Assembly (NCBI GenBank): GCA_051294905.1 | Contig: CM119375.1 | Span: forward strand, 26,040,001 to 26,104,000 | DNA length: 64,000 nt | Direction of reading: 5' to 3' | Source: Botryllus schlosseri | Lineage: Eukaryota | Shown: positions 28,501-43,500 of the stretch, piece by piece | Layout: every line of letters begins with the position of its first letter | Position numbering within the stretch: position 1 is the stretch's first letter | Translations under genes and position numbers: made by a program | The notes under the pieces: generated by a model | The model's input: only the letters and a program-made list of their open reading frames with translations | Database searches by the model: none | What the model was told of the DNA's origin: nothing

Positions 28501-31500
28501 AAAATTTGAGACAGACATCCATTACAGGCCAACTGTTGTCTATTTGTGCATAATGACTAGTTGAATGTATGTTAGTTAGCTACACTATGTTGCTGCAGTT
28601 GAAAGAACATTGCTATTTTAATTTCGCTGTTTACCATAACTGCAGCGATTCTTCAATTTTGCACTCTGTTTCAGCTTTTATCTTGGCTGGAATCTGTTAA
28701 ACAAGAAATGAGTGACACGGACGTAGCGCCGACTCTTGAAAAAGCTGAAGAATCTGTTGATAAATTCCGGAGAGTTCGATACAAATTGGTCGACAATTTT
28801 ATCGCGACGCAGCAAGAGGGAAAACATCTCTTACAGAATTTGAAGTGAGAAATACGAAAATTTTCGGAAGCGTTCAACACAGATTTTCTATGTACTGGTG
28901 TATCTATGGCATGCATATGCAGATGCCTAAAACAGGCTGCATACTTGATGCTTTTTCATTAGGAAATTTCATAGTCTGCTTCAACACCATACTTGAAATC
29001 GATCTCTGTAAACAGTGGTGTCAGCTAGGAAATGCTTAATAAAGTGCCCTTGCTAACTGCCTTGTCATTAAGACATAATGGATATAACATATCAAATTAT
29101 GATACGTTTATGTATATAATTCAGAGGGTAAGCCGAGATGGTCAGTCATATTCCCTTATCCATCTTGATAAGGAAATATTTCTCCATGTTAAAATTAACA
29201 TGCGAAATTTATGCTGTGTGAAATTGTATGTTTATCGATATATGGTTATTGACATAGAGAAGCTGACAGATTTACAAGTTAAAGGAATAATGTTAAACTA
29301 CAATTTTTCCATTGAAATTCTCGAAACAACACTTCGTAATGACAAAGATATTACAATACCTTAACATTTTATCGAATCTAAACCAAGTAATGACTGAAAT
29401 GGTTAAAGTAATGTGCCACAATGTTGAATGTCTTTTGAAACACTTGTGATACATACAGGCTTCTTCTTCTGGTATCAATGAAGCATGTTAATGAATGGAT
29501 CATGGTCTTTATTATGAGTATGCTGTGGCATTAGTATATTATTCACCCATTATCATTATTTCCGTTGGTTGTAGACAGGTGAATCCCAAGAACGACATCT
29601 CTATCTTCCCCAATAATGATACAGTTGAAAATTCTGATACCTGGTAAAGATAGAAAAAGACAGATTTGAAAAATATGCAATGGGGTCATGGAAAACATGG
29701 TAGGGTCGCTACTTACTGTCAATTTGATACTAATTCATGATTGATACAGGTTAGCTTTGCTTTCAATAATTAAGATGTACGAACTTCCTAGTTGTTGTAC
29801 TCTAAATTATACGGTTGGTGCGTGATGGGTGAATGCATTTCCTTTTTAGTATCCATGACAACCATGCACATTTTGAAATCGGTAAGATTGAAGGGAGTGT
29901 GTTACTGCAAGCAGTAAATAGCTACTCCATAGAGCAAACATTAATGTTACATAAAACTGCATTCTATTTATGAGGCAGTAAGAATAATAATATAAAATTG
30001 GTGTTTAATAGCCCTCTTAGAGAAGTGAACTTGTTTTGAAAAAAGTAGCTCTGGTATGTGAGTGGTGGTGATATGAAAATGTCATCTCAATAAAACTTTA
30101 GATTCGCTTTGTATTCTGTGTTTTGAATTGCAGTTGTATTGCGGTTAATACCTTCATCAGCAAAGATCTTATTCTGGGAAAGTCTAGCATGCACGTGTAG
30201 AACAAAAAGGAAAGGTTATGAAAGTGCAATATTGGCCGTAGAGCTTCCAAGCCCAAAATCGGTATAATCGGTGCACTTGTTACTAGCACTTATCAAATTT
30301 GAAGAACTATAAAAATTTCCAATTCATGGTACCTCTGTCATGTCCCATCTCACCGAAAAAATATGTAGAAATTGCAAAATTTCAAGTTTACTGGGCATAC
30401 CGATAGTATTTTCTTTTACTGCGAATATGTTCAACAGTGGTTTTCTCCATCAGAGAATTTCGTTGTATCGTTGAACCGAAAAATTGTATGAAATTTTGGT
30501 CGTAAATGACTCGCTCGTGTTTTCTTGAAAAGCCTACATCCAGATCTAAGATTTGCTCATTTTCGTTTAGCCTAGGTATACCATGGTCTGTGTTACAGAA
30601 CTTCAGAGCAAACTTCCAAAAAAAATCCGCATTTTAAAATTTCAAAACCAGATTTCTCCAAGATGAGTTGCATACATTATCCTTCATATATCAGCAGCAT
30701 GTAGGACAGTCCTATTACTTCCTAAAACAGGCGTTAGATAACAGAAGGGACATCACAATTTTGAGGTACCGTGTTTGCCGTGTTGGAGCACTATTTCTCA
30801 TGTCAAATCCAAATTCTGGGGACTAGAACCACAGTTTGTAATATTTTGTTGCACCCAAATTTCATGGTGATGGGGGTAGCCCTTCGCGAGATATCTCTGT
30901 TCAGGTTCATCAAAATGTTGGAGATTTTTTACCTTAAAAATCATAATTTTGACTAAATTTGTCCTAACGTATGCAAATAAGGTATTTTCCCACATAATGT
31001 TAGAATTGTACGACTTATCTTCATTTATGGTTGGATCTGTCTGTCCTTACAAAGTAGTTTGGCCTGAGAAAATACTATTTTGCCTCAAAAACTGACAAAT
31101 TTTCACATGAAAAGCTTTATTTTAAGGAAATCTGGCCGTATGAAGAATTCCAGTCGTTACATTACGCATTACGGTAGAAACAATTAAAAAAATTTGTAGT
31201 ACAACGAAAGATTCCTACATTCTCGGGTAGAATGTGTCTGTCCTTACTAAGTTGCTTGCCAAGAATTGAGAAAGATCCTTCAACAGCAGCAGTTGTTGGG
31301 TGACAACACTGAAGTTGTGCGTGCACTGCTGGTGACAAACCGTGTTGCTTCATTCTGGCAATGGTGCCTACATCACAATTTTTCATTATGCGCTTCTTGA
31401 TATAAGAACCATGCAACGCCCATGCAGTCTTGCTTGAGTTGGGATATTGCGGTACGTTGAGCATAACACCATGCCAACCTATTTGTTTCATTTGAATGTT

Positions 31501-34500
31501 TATGATGCACAATGAGCAGACAATAGATTGTCTACAACGGTAGGCCTATAAAGTAGGCTGCATGATGTAAAATGCCAAATGATAAGTTTACTGACAGTGC
31601 AAAATCTATGATACAAGTGAAATGCTGGTTGCAATTAATGTAACACTACAACTTTGACCTAATTTTGACTTTTTTTTTGACATGTCAAAAAAATCGCCCT
31701 AGTAGTGATTATGTACCACTATCTTTTCACTAGATATTTCGACTGTGTGTAGTGTAGAAGTTCTGTACCTTCAAGAGTTTCGACACTGTACGGGCCCTGA
31801 AAAAAATGCTGACTGTATTGCTTACTAGACTACTACCTGATCTTGACAGATCCTCGAACGTGGATCAAAGTTCCCAGTCCAGTTACAGCGGCAGAAGCAG
31901 CACTCCCAGCAGTTCCGTGGCGCAATCGGGCAGCTCTATGCAGCACGTCGAAAGTGTTCTACGGCAGCTCGAAGAGGACAGGACCATACTGGAAGACTTG
32001 TGCACGGAACGCGAGATTCGACTTGATTCCCATCTGCAGTTTCGACTTTTCGAGAAAGAAGTGGTTGATGTATGTCCTGATATGTCTCTGTGTCTTGTGG
32101 TCTAGTTTGAACTTACTGTAATTAACAATCGTGCGATAACTAGCCTTTTATTTTCTGACCCTGTAGCAATAAGGATTCTCAGCCACGAATGCCTTGTGAC
32201 AGGGTAGTTCAATAAAAAAGGTGATAGTCTACATAACAGATCAATCATCCCTATAATGTAATTGGGCTGAAGTTTTCACGCATAATGCCCTTCCTGCTGC
32301 AATTAGATATAATTTACCGTCTGAACTTCATAATTTATGTTCTGAGTTTAAAGAGTGTTTTAGCCCTCTACTCTCAAGCTATCGCTAAATTATATTTGTC
32401 ATAGCACAACGAAGATCTTTAACTAATTACTAATTATCTTCCATGATGCTTCATCTTTTTCTATATTTTTAGTTCATGTATTTTCGTTACTTTATCCTTT
32501 GTGGGTTATGGTAATTTATTTTTATTATTCCGGGGTTGGCGCTGTTATGAATTTTGCTCGCCAGTGACTTGGTTAGGGTGATGGAGTTTGGATTCAACCT
32601 TGGTGATTGCGAGACAAGTGATCTAACCGCTTACCTGATGGCGCCTAAAAAAACCTTTGCACTACCAGTTGTAGGCTACAAATTTCAATTACACGGTGCG
32701 GAAGACTTCCAATCTCCATCTCTATTCAGATGTGCACCGATCTCGCAGGATGGGCGACCGAAGTCCAGCAGATAAGTCTGGCCGATCTCAACCTGCACAA
32801 CGAAGAGATTCACATCATCGAACAGAGAATCATGCATCTGGACCGCGAGGCCAAAACCATGCGACACCAAACCAAGGAGGTCCTGGCAAAAGGCGGCGAG
32901 CTGGCGGCGCAATTTGAAAACTCAGGTATCTCAATACATATATGCGTTGATGTTTGTTGCTATGCGAGGTGCACACGAAAAGTATGCATGTTAGCCTACT
33001 GCAATTAGTGAGCCTTGAAAGCAGTATCAATGATTTTTGGTGGAATTTGTTGCAGACTTGGATGTGCCGTACGATGAACACAACACCCTGACCACGCGTC
33101 TCAAACAGCTCTGCGAGTCTGTACAGTCTGCCCACAAGAGCATGGAAGACGTGCTGGAGCGGTATCGTATCATTTTGGCGCAAAAGTTGTTGCTGCAGCA
33201 TCTCAGCCAGCAAGTGTCGCAGGTTAGTCGAATTGATGGTAGTCATATAACTGCTCTATAGAGCATACGTTCATTTTACATAGAATGGCAATATTGTATT
33301 TATGTAGCAGTACAAATATGAATATAGAACTCACTATTTGCCATTCATATGTGCAAGACACTACTGCCTTCCAAGAAAATAAAAGATGTTTTGAGACAAG
33401 TTGCTTTGGTATGTGAGTGTTGGTGGTGCATAAATTTGATTTCAATCAGACTCCCGTTTCTATTCTGTGTTTTGAATCGCAGTTGTATTCATGTTTATGA
33501 ATTATCATGGAAATCTTATTGTGGGAAACTGTATGCGTAGACAACATAAAGGATTAGCGAATAGTGATAGTGGAAGGTGGACTTCATGTCCCACAGTATC
33601 TATAACCATTGCACTTATTTGAAACGTCATGATTCTACGCTGCTATATATTCATTCCTACTAAGATTAGGTCACAATCACAAATATCAGCACTAGGCCTA
33701 ATCAATGAAAATATACTTGGCAACAGCAGACTTGATCAACTAGATACCGCTTGTGTAGAATAATTCATATTCTAATATAATTTAAGGAATGCTACAGGAG
33801 TACTGTATCGTGCGAAACGCGCTAAGCTTGCTGTACAGACATTTGTCATTATCGTGCTTGTGGGAATGAACTCTTGATAGAAGTTAAACCTGTTTCAATT
33901 TCCAAGTTTTAGCGAATTTAGTTTCCAAGTCTAATTCTAATCTATTTTAGTAGAAGCTGTGTCACTATAATTCTAATTCTAGAGTAATTTGGTAATACGG
34001 TATAGCTATAATTTAAATGTAATAGAGAAAAGTTAAGTCTGGGAAACAGTAATTAACAATATTTGAAATTTAAATTTAACGAATATCAGCCGAGTCTGCA
34101 TAAATTCGATCCATTATGCGAAAAAAGTAGGTTCATTTCTTTGCATCCGAAATACTTTAGCATATCACAATCTACGACAACAATATAAGGGTATTGACGT
34201 GCAACTGATCGATTTGTTGATGGCAGGTGATGCGTTGCATCGAAGACGGCAAGGAGTTGATAGGAGACGCGCAACTGACATTAAATAATCTGTTTGATTC
34301 GGAGGAATGCGAAAAGAGACACTTTCCGTGCACGCGGGCGATTGAGGTGGAGACTTTTGACTGTTACCTCATAGCGAGTGCGATCTACTTGTCACTAATG
34401 TCGCTGTGGTCTGCCAACCTGTAGACTAAAATGGGTTAACACTCCTGGTCCAGCCTGGTTATCCCCCAATTTTGTGCCTACTGACTAATACAATGTCAAC

Positions 34501-37500
34501 GTCAACACATAGTTCTTCCACATTTGTTGATAATTTGTCCTTATATTGTTAATGCAAATATCTTCCGTTTCGCCACATATAGCCTAACCTATGAGTGCCG
34601 TAATTTTCTATGTATAATACGCACATTTTCATCAATTTTTGTCCTAAAATCGGGGGTGCGTATTATACATGGGCACAAGAATGTGGAAAACATCTCCCTC
34701 GAAATAAAACTTGCAATTAGACATTTCTTCTTGTTTGTTGTCAATAGCGCATCGCACCCAGCCATCGTGCCTGGTCTTTGTGCGCAAATTTGATTTCCGC
34801 ACCTATTTTCCACCCCTCGTAGGTGTATTTGAATCGTTTTCACCCATTGGAGGGTGTGAAAGTGTCATTTGCCTGGTTTACACCCCTCGCTGTTAGGAAA
34901 TCTAGTTAATACACCTGACTTATCTGCTGCTTCAAACACGTTACATACGAACACAGTTCTCTCGTATCAGATGCTTGCTTCTCGTACAGGGGGTGCATAT
35001 TATACATGGGTACAGGCTTTTCCCCAGTTTTGACATGCCATTTTAAGAGTGCGTATTATACGCGGAAAATTACAGTAGTATAGTAGGCTATTGTCAGGGT
35101 TGTAACAATGTCGCAGGTTTCTGAGTCACGATTCAATTTCACTTTTCTAGTTTTGACTTGAGTCAAGTCGAGTCGTTTTCAATTCACCACCGAGTCAAGT
35201 CCAAGTCAGAGATGAGAGGCTCGAGTCCGAGTCCAAGTCATTATGATGACTGTTCAGTTCAGAGTTAAAGTCATGTGAAATTGACTTTTTACAACTCTGC
35301 TTGGTTATATCGAATGGTTCTCATTCCTAATATACTAACTATATCTTCAATTTTAAGTTTCTGGTAGCATCTTCAAGTTCCAGTACTGGCAGTACTGATG
35401 GACGAAATCCCATTAGTGTGACAACCTTACTGTGTTTTGGATTTACAATGAAATGCCCGTATTGGGTATTCCCATTCTTGAGTCATATGAGTTGGACTGA
35501 GTCATGTTTAATGACTCGAGTACAAGTCCTGTTTATACACATACTCGGATTGATTTGATCCTTTTCGAACCAGAAGTGGAAACAGCCCGAAACTAACACC
35601 AATCAATTGACGAAATATTGACACTATGACGGTGGTTTCTCGAATACTCCTAAAGTATAAGTGCTTCGTTGTTGGGCTTGGTATTTAAAAAAAAAATGCA
35701 ATTTCTGGTTTTTGTGTCTGGAATTAGAATGTTGAGTAATAAAATGAGCATGACATGGGTACCTTATCGGTACGTTATTTTAGCAAATCGCACGCACGAT
35801 GTGTGGTTTGAATTTTTCACGCTGCGACTTTGAATTTCAGGAGACCCGCAACAGCGTCAACCAAATCCAAGGCAAGGCCGACCAGCTTCTGAAACAGCAG
35901 CAGATCTTGCTGCGCAAAGGGGGCAGTTACGAGCAGCACTCGCAGCTGTATCACGATTCGGACCTGGTGCGAGACCAAGCAGAACGGACGGTCACCGAGT
36001 GGAAGACTATCGCCAGGCATCTGGAGGAACGCGTCCGTCTTGTGAGGGAGGCGACCCGCTTTTATAAAACTGCCGATGAGGTACAGCGCAAACTTGGACA
36101 ACTACATGATTCTAGTTGTATAATTAGACTAATTAGAGCGAAATTCTGGTGATCTAATTCTAATCTAATTTCTGAAATGTTTCTTTGCTTTAATTTTAAT
36201 TGTACTCTAGTTTCTGGTTTTCCGAAAGACGCTACAGCAGGGGCACGCAACAAGCAGACGGCCCGCGATGAGATTTTGAGCGGCCCGCGGAGAGTTTCTT
36301 GTACCCCGAAAGTGTTATTATAATCCGAAAGTATTGACAAATTTATGCGTCACAGAATGAATCTAAGTTTGCCAACCTGAGAAAGACGGTTATGAAAATA
36401 CCTGTTCTGTTCGGGTCTACAGCATACATTTACAAGCAAACATTTCGACCATGAAGATTAACGAGACAGGGCTGCGTTTAGATATAACTGATGTTCACGT
36501 GCGGTCTAAGTGTTTCTACACCCGTCATTCAGCCGGAATTCAAAGAACTTGTTGACAACTTCGAACGAGCACAAATGTATCATTGACTTAAACAGCTATC
36601 GAAGTACATAAGGTTAATAAATTCATGACACACTGATTTTGGTCTCTATGCTTCAAATTTTAAGTTTGCATTGAATACGATTTATTCCTTGTATAGATTG
36701 GCAAACATGCGATTAATGTACCGATTCTGTAATCCGGCCCACCAAGTACTTAATTTTCTCAAATCAGTACCGCCGACCGGATAAGTTTCCCGCCCCTGCG
36801 CTACAGGATAACAGTATAGTGCGAAACAAGCCAAGCAAGAGGTGTTCAAAAATATTTTTTTTTTCCTATTTCTGGGATTCACTGATTAAATTACTAGTCT
36901 TCCAAAACGACGTTGTACACCAAATTTGGTTCTACATCAACTGGTAGATGTGAACACACAAAGAATTGAGTTGTCTAAAAGAACGATGCTTTTAATAATT
37001 GTTGCTCACTTCCTGGATAATCCCAGAATTATGAATGAAAAACTGAAATCACTCCGCTTCTACAGATTGGACTTGCGTCAGCTTGTTTTTGCATCGTTTT
37101 TGTGTGCGACTAAACAGTTTCATTTCAAAATTTCCAAACTCTTTTGTGCACATCTACCAGTTGAAATGGAGCCAAGTTTGGTGTGCAGTGTCTTTTTAGG
37201 CAACCTAACAATTTAATCGGTGAAACTCTGGAATACGCAAAAAAGTTATTCGTTTACAATCAATCCTACTGCACAGCGAGCAGCATCCATTAGGTGGCAA
37301 CATTAGGTTACAAACAGCTTTATTATTATCTTTTTGTATGTTGGTCAATGACTATAGGTCATTCCTGTGTTTGGAGGCCTCTCGCTGGCAGCCGTTCATG
37401 TTTCCATGACATACTGATTGGTGTGTTCTTTGTCTATTTCTCTCCTGTGTGAAAAACCTCATGTTTATAAGCTTTGGTTAGGCCAGTACATTCAACTCGA

Positions 37501-40500
37501 GTCTGCTTCGTGTGTCATGGCTGACTTGTGAAGCCATGTTTTCTTTGCTGGCTGTTATCTCTTTTCAGTGTCTTTGTTCATAATGACACCTTTGCGGGTT
37601 GTAATGTGTAAAAGGATTGTGAAATTTCAACATGATCAAATTGGTCACACTGTATCTTATCCTCAATGCTAACTGATGTGACCAATTAAATGTGGGAGTT
37701 TACAGGTTGTTGGTATTTCTGATATACAATGGCTTCCAGAGAAATTCTTCTGTATTGTAGTACTTCGATTTTAATAGTAGCATAACCATATTGTCAGCAG
37801 TTGCCTATGATCATTGTTCGATTCAAATTTGTGCTCAATTCTTGTCACAAGCTCAAGTTAGGTTGAGCAATTTTTACTATTAGGTATAAAAAACAAAAGT
37901 TATTGATCTAATCAGTATCAATAATAATATTATTAATAACCAACATTTTGCTGGTAAGTCAATGTCAGATAATATACACAGTATGGATAGGGCTGTGTCG
38001 GAAATCATGTCTGTATGATATTATTTTCCATCAACTTTGAGCAGTGACAAATAATTTTATTCTAGGCATTCATAATTTGGCACTCATTCCTAGTTGGCAC
38101 CTGACAATCGAAGTGATGGCACATTATTGGATATTTCTTTGTTTGTTTTTGTGGTATCTATGGGGTTTGTTTAGGTATTTACACAGTAAACAGTGACTTA
38201 TTTGCTGTAGATTTGTTTATTTGAATAGGGAAGTCCAGCAGTTAGTACTTTTAACGTTGCCTGTGGTTTTCATAGATACACATGACTAATTCCTTCACAG
38301 CATCCCTATAATGTCTGTTACATTCACTGGTACCTTAGGAATGCATAGATATGAATCAATGATTTTAAAGTAATGTACAGATACCTTGCTACTACATGCT
38401 GAGCGGGTATGGGGAAATTCACAATAACAAGCCCGCTAGCACTTTGTTGCAACTCATCAGTGTATTTTGTGTTTCACATTTCTTCATACTTCATTGCAGG
38501 TCTGTACGGTGCTGGATGGTTTGGAAAAAGAATACCGCAAATGTGAAAATGACTTTTCAAGTAACGAGTGGTATATTCCATCTGAATATAGCGACTTTAA
38601 AACCGTGATAGGTAAGAATGATGGAGCTGTCATGCTGGATTTTGATTTAAGACATATGGATCAATGCCGAGCTGAATATTATTCAATTGGTATGACTTTG
38701 AATTGTGATCAATCCCTGGAAGTGCGGGATATAATCCAATGTGGTAGGCCTTGCTGAGGGTCAAGAGCCTAAGATGGTTGATAACTCGCATAAATAAATT
38801 ACCACTAGTCTGTTCATTACAGAGACCTGGAGTTCCAATATTTTCATATCTTGTTGCTTGGTAGCTACTGAAAGGTTCAAATTGAGTATTGAGAAATCGT
38901 CTGACATATTCAACCACGGAATTGAAAATAAATTGCAATTTAGGTAAAAAAATTGTGGGCAAGTGAGGTCATGCCGTCACTCTTTATACTTCCAATTCGG
39001 TTAACTGCATTTACAGATGTTCGACGAAATGAATTTGGCAATATGAACAATTGAACATTTTGTTTCTTGCGATATAGAAAGTCTTGTACCCCCCGGACAC
39101 CTATTTGAAAAGACTCTGGTATGTCCTGAACTCTAACACACACTTGAATGATATATTGATATTGAAAAAAACTTGAATGTTTTCGCTTGAAACCTGTCAG
39201 GTGTAGTAATTGTCAGCGACTGGTAGAGAATTGAAAAGAACATTGCATATCGACAATAGTTTTCACTGTATGTACTGTATATAAATAATATTTCTATATA
39301 CTGTATAATGCTGCCTGCAACAACACGCTTTCTTTTGACCATTGATACGACTGATTATATACATGTACAAGTACAATGTTCTCAACTAGTCACTGACGAT
39401 CACTCCGGATGAGTGTCGGGCAAATAGATCTAGGTTTATTCCAATACGTAGGCCTATATATTATCAATTGCGAATTGGGTAGTAGTATTAAAAATTCCTT
39501 GAAATCACACCCACATTCCGCAATTCTTACGTAATTGACATCGTCCATCCCATATCAACCACAATCTGATATCTGCCGTCCACTATCTGAAGGAATTTCG
39601 TTACTTAGCACATGGTGGCAATAAATTCCTGCATTTAAGCTCGCTTTTCTGATTCAGATAAACACAGCGAGCAGAAGGAGAGCTTCCTGAAAGCGTGCAC
39701 GTTCGCGCGTCGTCACGCGGAAATGTTCCACAAATGCGCGCAACGCATGAGGCAGTATTTTTACGACGAGGTATCGGTGGACGTGGCGCCAGTGAATAAT
39801 TTTAAGGAATCACAAGGCGCCAGGACGAGGAATCCCACCGCGAGTATTAAACGTGAGTGCATTGTTTGCTATCATGTTTTGTCAATGGAGCGTGGATGTT
39901 CGTATTGGGGTGGGCAAATTCGATTGTAAACTTGTTGTAACACTACTTCAGTATGATGTACGAATGATGTGGAGTAAGACGTTTGATTAACGTTTTGTGG
40001 TATATACAAGCACTCGTGTAGCCTAGAAACTCCATGATACACATCCACACGTTCTGAGCATATGCATGCGTGCACAATCACTGCACATGCCGCTAGACAA
40101 GGAAGGTGCAGAAACAGCCTTTTGAAGGCTTTCCATGTCTTGCACCACCCCTCCATGCTATCCCAGTAATGCTGACCGCCGAGCGGGGAAGTCATGGATA
40201 CCAGTGTTACTAATCAGGACTTTGGTCTGACCCAGCCAGGAATTAACCGACAACCATGATCAAGTAATATATACTGCTCGAATGCTTGACTCGACCTTGA
40301 TACTCTGCGCTACATGCGGGATCGAATCTCTTGAGTATTCGATTTTTCCAGACCTAGTGTTCACAAATGTTTGGAACCTGATTCTACGTCGCTCTCCTGT
40401 TTTAGCTTGTTACTGAGCATATAAAACTTGGGCTAATTTTTTATTATGATGTATTATAAGAGTAGCAATTTGACTTTGATTTATCACCGACCAGCAATTT

Positions 40501-43500
40501 CCTAATTGTCCTGAAACTATTTGTTTGCCTGAAAATATTGTATCTGTACTCAATAATTGAAGATTGATGCTTCACCATCTTGTTTTAATAATTCAATCGC
40601 AGATTATGAATCTCGCTTGTTCTCCTTGACTTCGCTTTGCCTCTAAGGAATCAATATGTGTTCAGCATGTAACTGAGCTGTATAGTGGGTGTAAGGAAGG
40701 TCACTACAGCGTACTAGGCATACTACGGAAAACAATTAGCTTGTCATTCCAGGCACATGCTGCTTTAGTGACGTTGATTACTGTCTGCGGGTTGGGGAGA
40801 TAAATGTTGGCTCGATATTGATCACAAATATATATTGATTATGTGGATTTGGTTTTGCTTTGCACCGCCATTCATGGGTATAACGGCTTGGTGTATGTAC
40901 TTGATCGGTAGTGGATAAGAAGATGTGCAGATATGTTTAGGATTTAGGAACGTTGTCTTGTAGTTGTAAAATTATCAAGTTTGACACATGGTTGTCCGTG
41001 AAACATACTTTGTACTGGTAGTATATGAGAACATCATTCCTGTCAAGGATCTATGCTATAATGAGCTGATATGAGGGAATTAATATGGTGGTCAGTATTG
41101 CTAGATTCTGCTTCTTCTCCGGGGTTTGCTGAGCCAGTCTCATGGTTTGGCGGAGCTTAAGATACAAACCTGACTAGTGCAGAAGAGGTCTCTCTAATAT
41201 GCAGTAAATATTCATAACCGTCTTCTCGTTTTGTATGAAAATCACGTTTTAATGGTTTGGCTCATCAGGCTATGCTCTATGTGCACCTGTGTTCTACAGT
41301 GACGTATAAGATTGCAATTTGGTAGATTTTTGACTTTGAATTAGGGGTTATCCGAAGGGTTGCAGTACTTGCAGATTAGTGTAAGGGTTTGACAGGTTAG
41401 TAAACATATTATAGAACCACTGTGTTAGATCTTGGATAAGTTTTCTGATATGTTTACGGTCTTTTGTTATACGAGATGGCCAAATTAGTTAGTGATTATG
41501 CATGCACAAGTGGGGACAATTTACAGGTCTAATTGGTCACAAGTAAAGAGTTTGCCTTCTGAAGCAATACTGCAAGTACCCAATAGCTAGCTTCAAAAGA
41601 CATTCAGAATTCAAAATTTTGCACAACGCTCTGCTCTCTGCATACCCTAGTAAGGGCTCGAAATCTTTTAATTTTAACCAAAGTTTAATATATATATATA
41701 CAATATACACTATGATACGACATGGCCAATGGCCATCCTCTGATGTTCCGATGTCTCTACATCTGATTTTGTTGTTCAGAACTACCTATTTAGGCTCATA
41801 TTAGTTTCGACACGGGTTCTGGATCTAACCACAAACAATCTTTGATAATGCCCAAGCCGAGCCAATTGGATCTTATCAGTAGGGTGCGAAAAAATGTGAA
41901 AAAATGGAGAACATGTAGAGGTGTGGGCGCCGGTCTCTCGTTTCATGGACTGATTCTATTCTGATTTCTAGTCTTCCTGAAAATACTGTTGAGAGAAGTG
42001 TACCGTGCAAAATGAATGAATCTTGCTTTACAGACATTTGACATTCAAGTGCTTATGACGATGAACTCTGATTTGATATGAAACTGAATTATGTTGTATT
42101 TTTGGATTAAGAATTTAATTCAACTGAGTTCTTGCGAATTCAGTAAATCTAATGTAAATATCAGAAAAACTGTACAGCTAAATATTTTTTAGTTTTTCAA
42201 CTGTAGATTGCATGGTATCATTCATTGTCAATGTTATTAACTCAACAACATCGTTTGTCGTGTTAATATATGCCTACTGATGGAAGCCGTTCTTGTGCAC
42301 TGGCCTGTTAAATTTCCCATTTACTCTTCCTTGATCGGATGAACGTCATCACTCGTTAAAAGAACCTGCAATACACAGTGTGCGGAGTATCAGTTTTCAT
42401 CCTTCTTCAGGCGTGCTGCAGGATCTTCTGCAGAAGGAAAACCGGGTGTTGCAACTTTGGACGTTGAAAAAGAAACGCCTGGACCAGCAAAACCAGTATG
42501 CCACTTTTGAAAAGAGCGCGAATATCACTCTGGACTGGGTGCAGGACGAAGGTAAAGTATGGTTTCCTAGTCCTTTGCGGTGTTGGGATGACTCGAGTCA
42601 TGAATTTACTCAAGTCCCTTGCCTGAATAATCGCCTGACTTGGCACAAACTGAATACCGGTATGTCTGATGACTTGAAATGTGAGATTACCTTGTTGGAA
42701 AAGAGTCACTTTGAAATGCTGCATGACTTGACTCGTTAAATAACTTCGAATTTTTTAAAAATTATTGTTTAAATTACTATTTGCCGTGACTCGAAGATAG
42801 TGACTCGATTCCAAAACTGGTCCTTTGTGGTTTTCAAAAATGTGTGCACCGATCGGTGATTAAATGAGACCTATTCCGCGTTTGTGTCACAGTTTACGAG
42901 ATCCAGATCTAATCCAGTGTTGTGAAACCCGGATCAATTTTACACCATTTTATTTATTTGATTAACCCAGATCTTGAAAAACCCATGAGATCAAATGGCC
43001 GTGTCCTTGATAATTCACTAGTTGCGCATTTGCAAGATAGTGAAATTTAATATGAAAGTATTGATAATTTGACAAGTTAGCATGCATGCTGTCAGTGATT
43101 TTCACAACAATAATATATTAATATTGAAATGAACTTGAATATTTTTGGCTGACACTCGTCACGAGTAATCATCTGCAACTAGTAGAGAATTAGAAAGAAC
43201 ATCGTATATCAACAATCGTATACAGTGTTCTATCCAATTCTCTACTAGTTGCTGACGATAACCCCTGACGAGTGTCAGCCAAAATATTCAGGTTCATTTC
43301 AATATGAATATATAGTATTCAATTGTACATTGAAGTTCTGTACCTCCAAGGATCTCTTCAAACTTGGTGATTCAAAATCATGTCCAAGTCCAGCAATTTC
43401 GGAGTAAAAACGAATCTGGATCCAATTCTGTTGCCAAAAAAGTCTGAATCCACCTATTTATAGTATCTGGTCTATTTTACAAATATGACATTATATTGAA

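Noticed and set aside
29575-29643. Possible cassette exon (tag|ACAGGTG...TG|gtaaag)
   Set aside because: Splicing to exon 13 would create TGA, and there is no Trio similarity.
32830-33246. Antisense ORFs over exons (also 1344, 8536, 35817, 51953, 56585)
   Set aside because: Shadow frames of GC-rich Trio exons with few antisense stops.
37300-37650. CR1/L2 reverse-transcriptase remnant
   Set aside because: HGF-like and RPIS-like words are in the wrong order for one strand.
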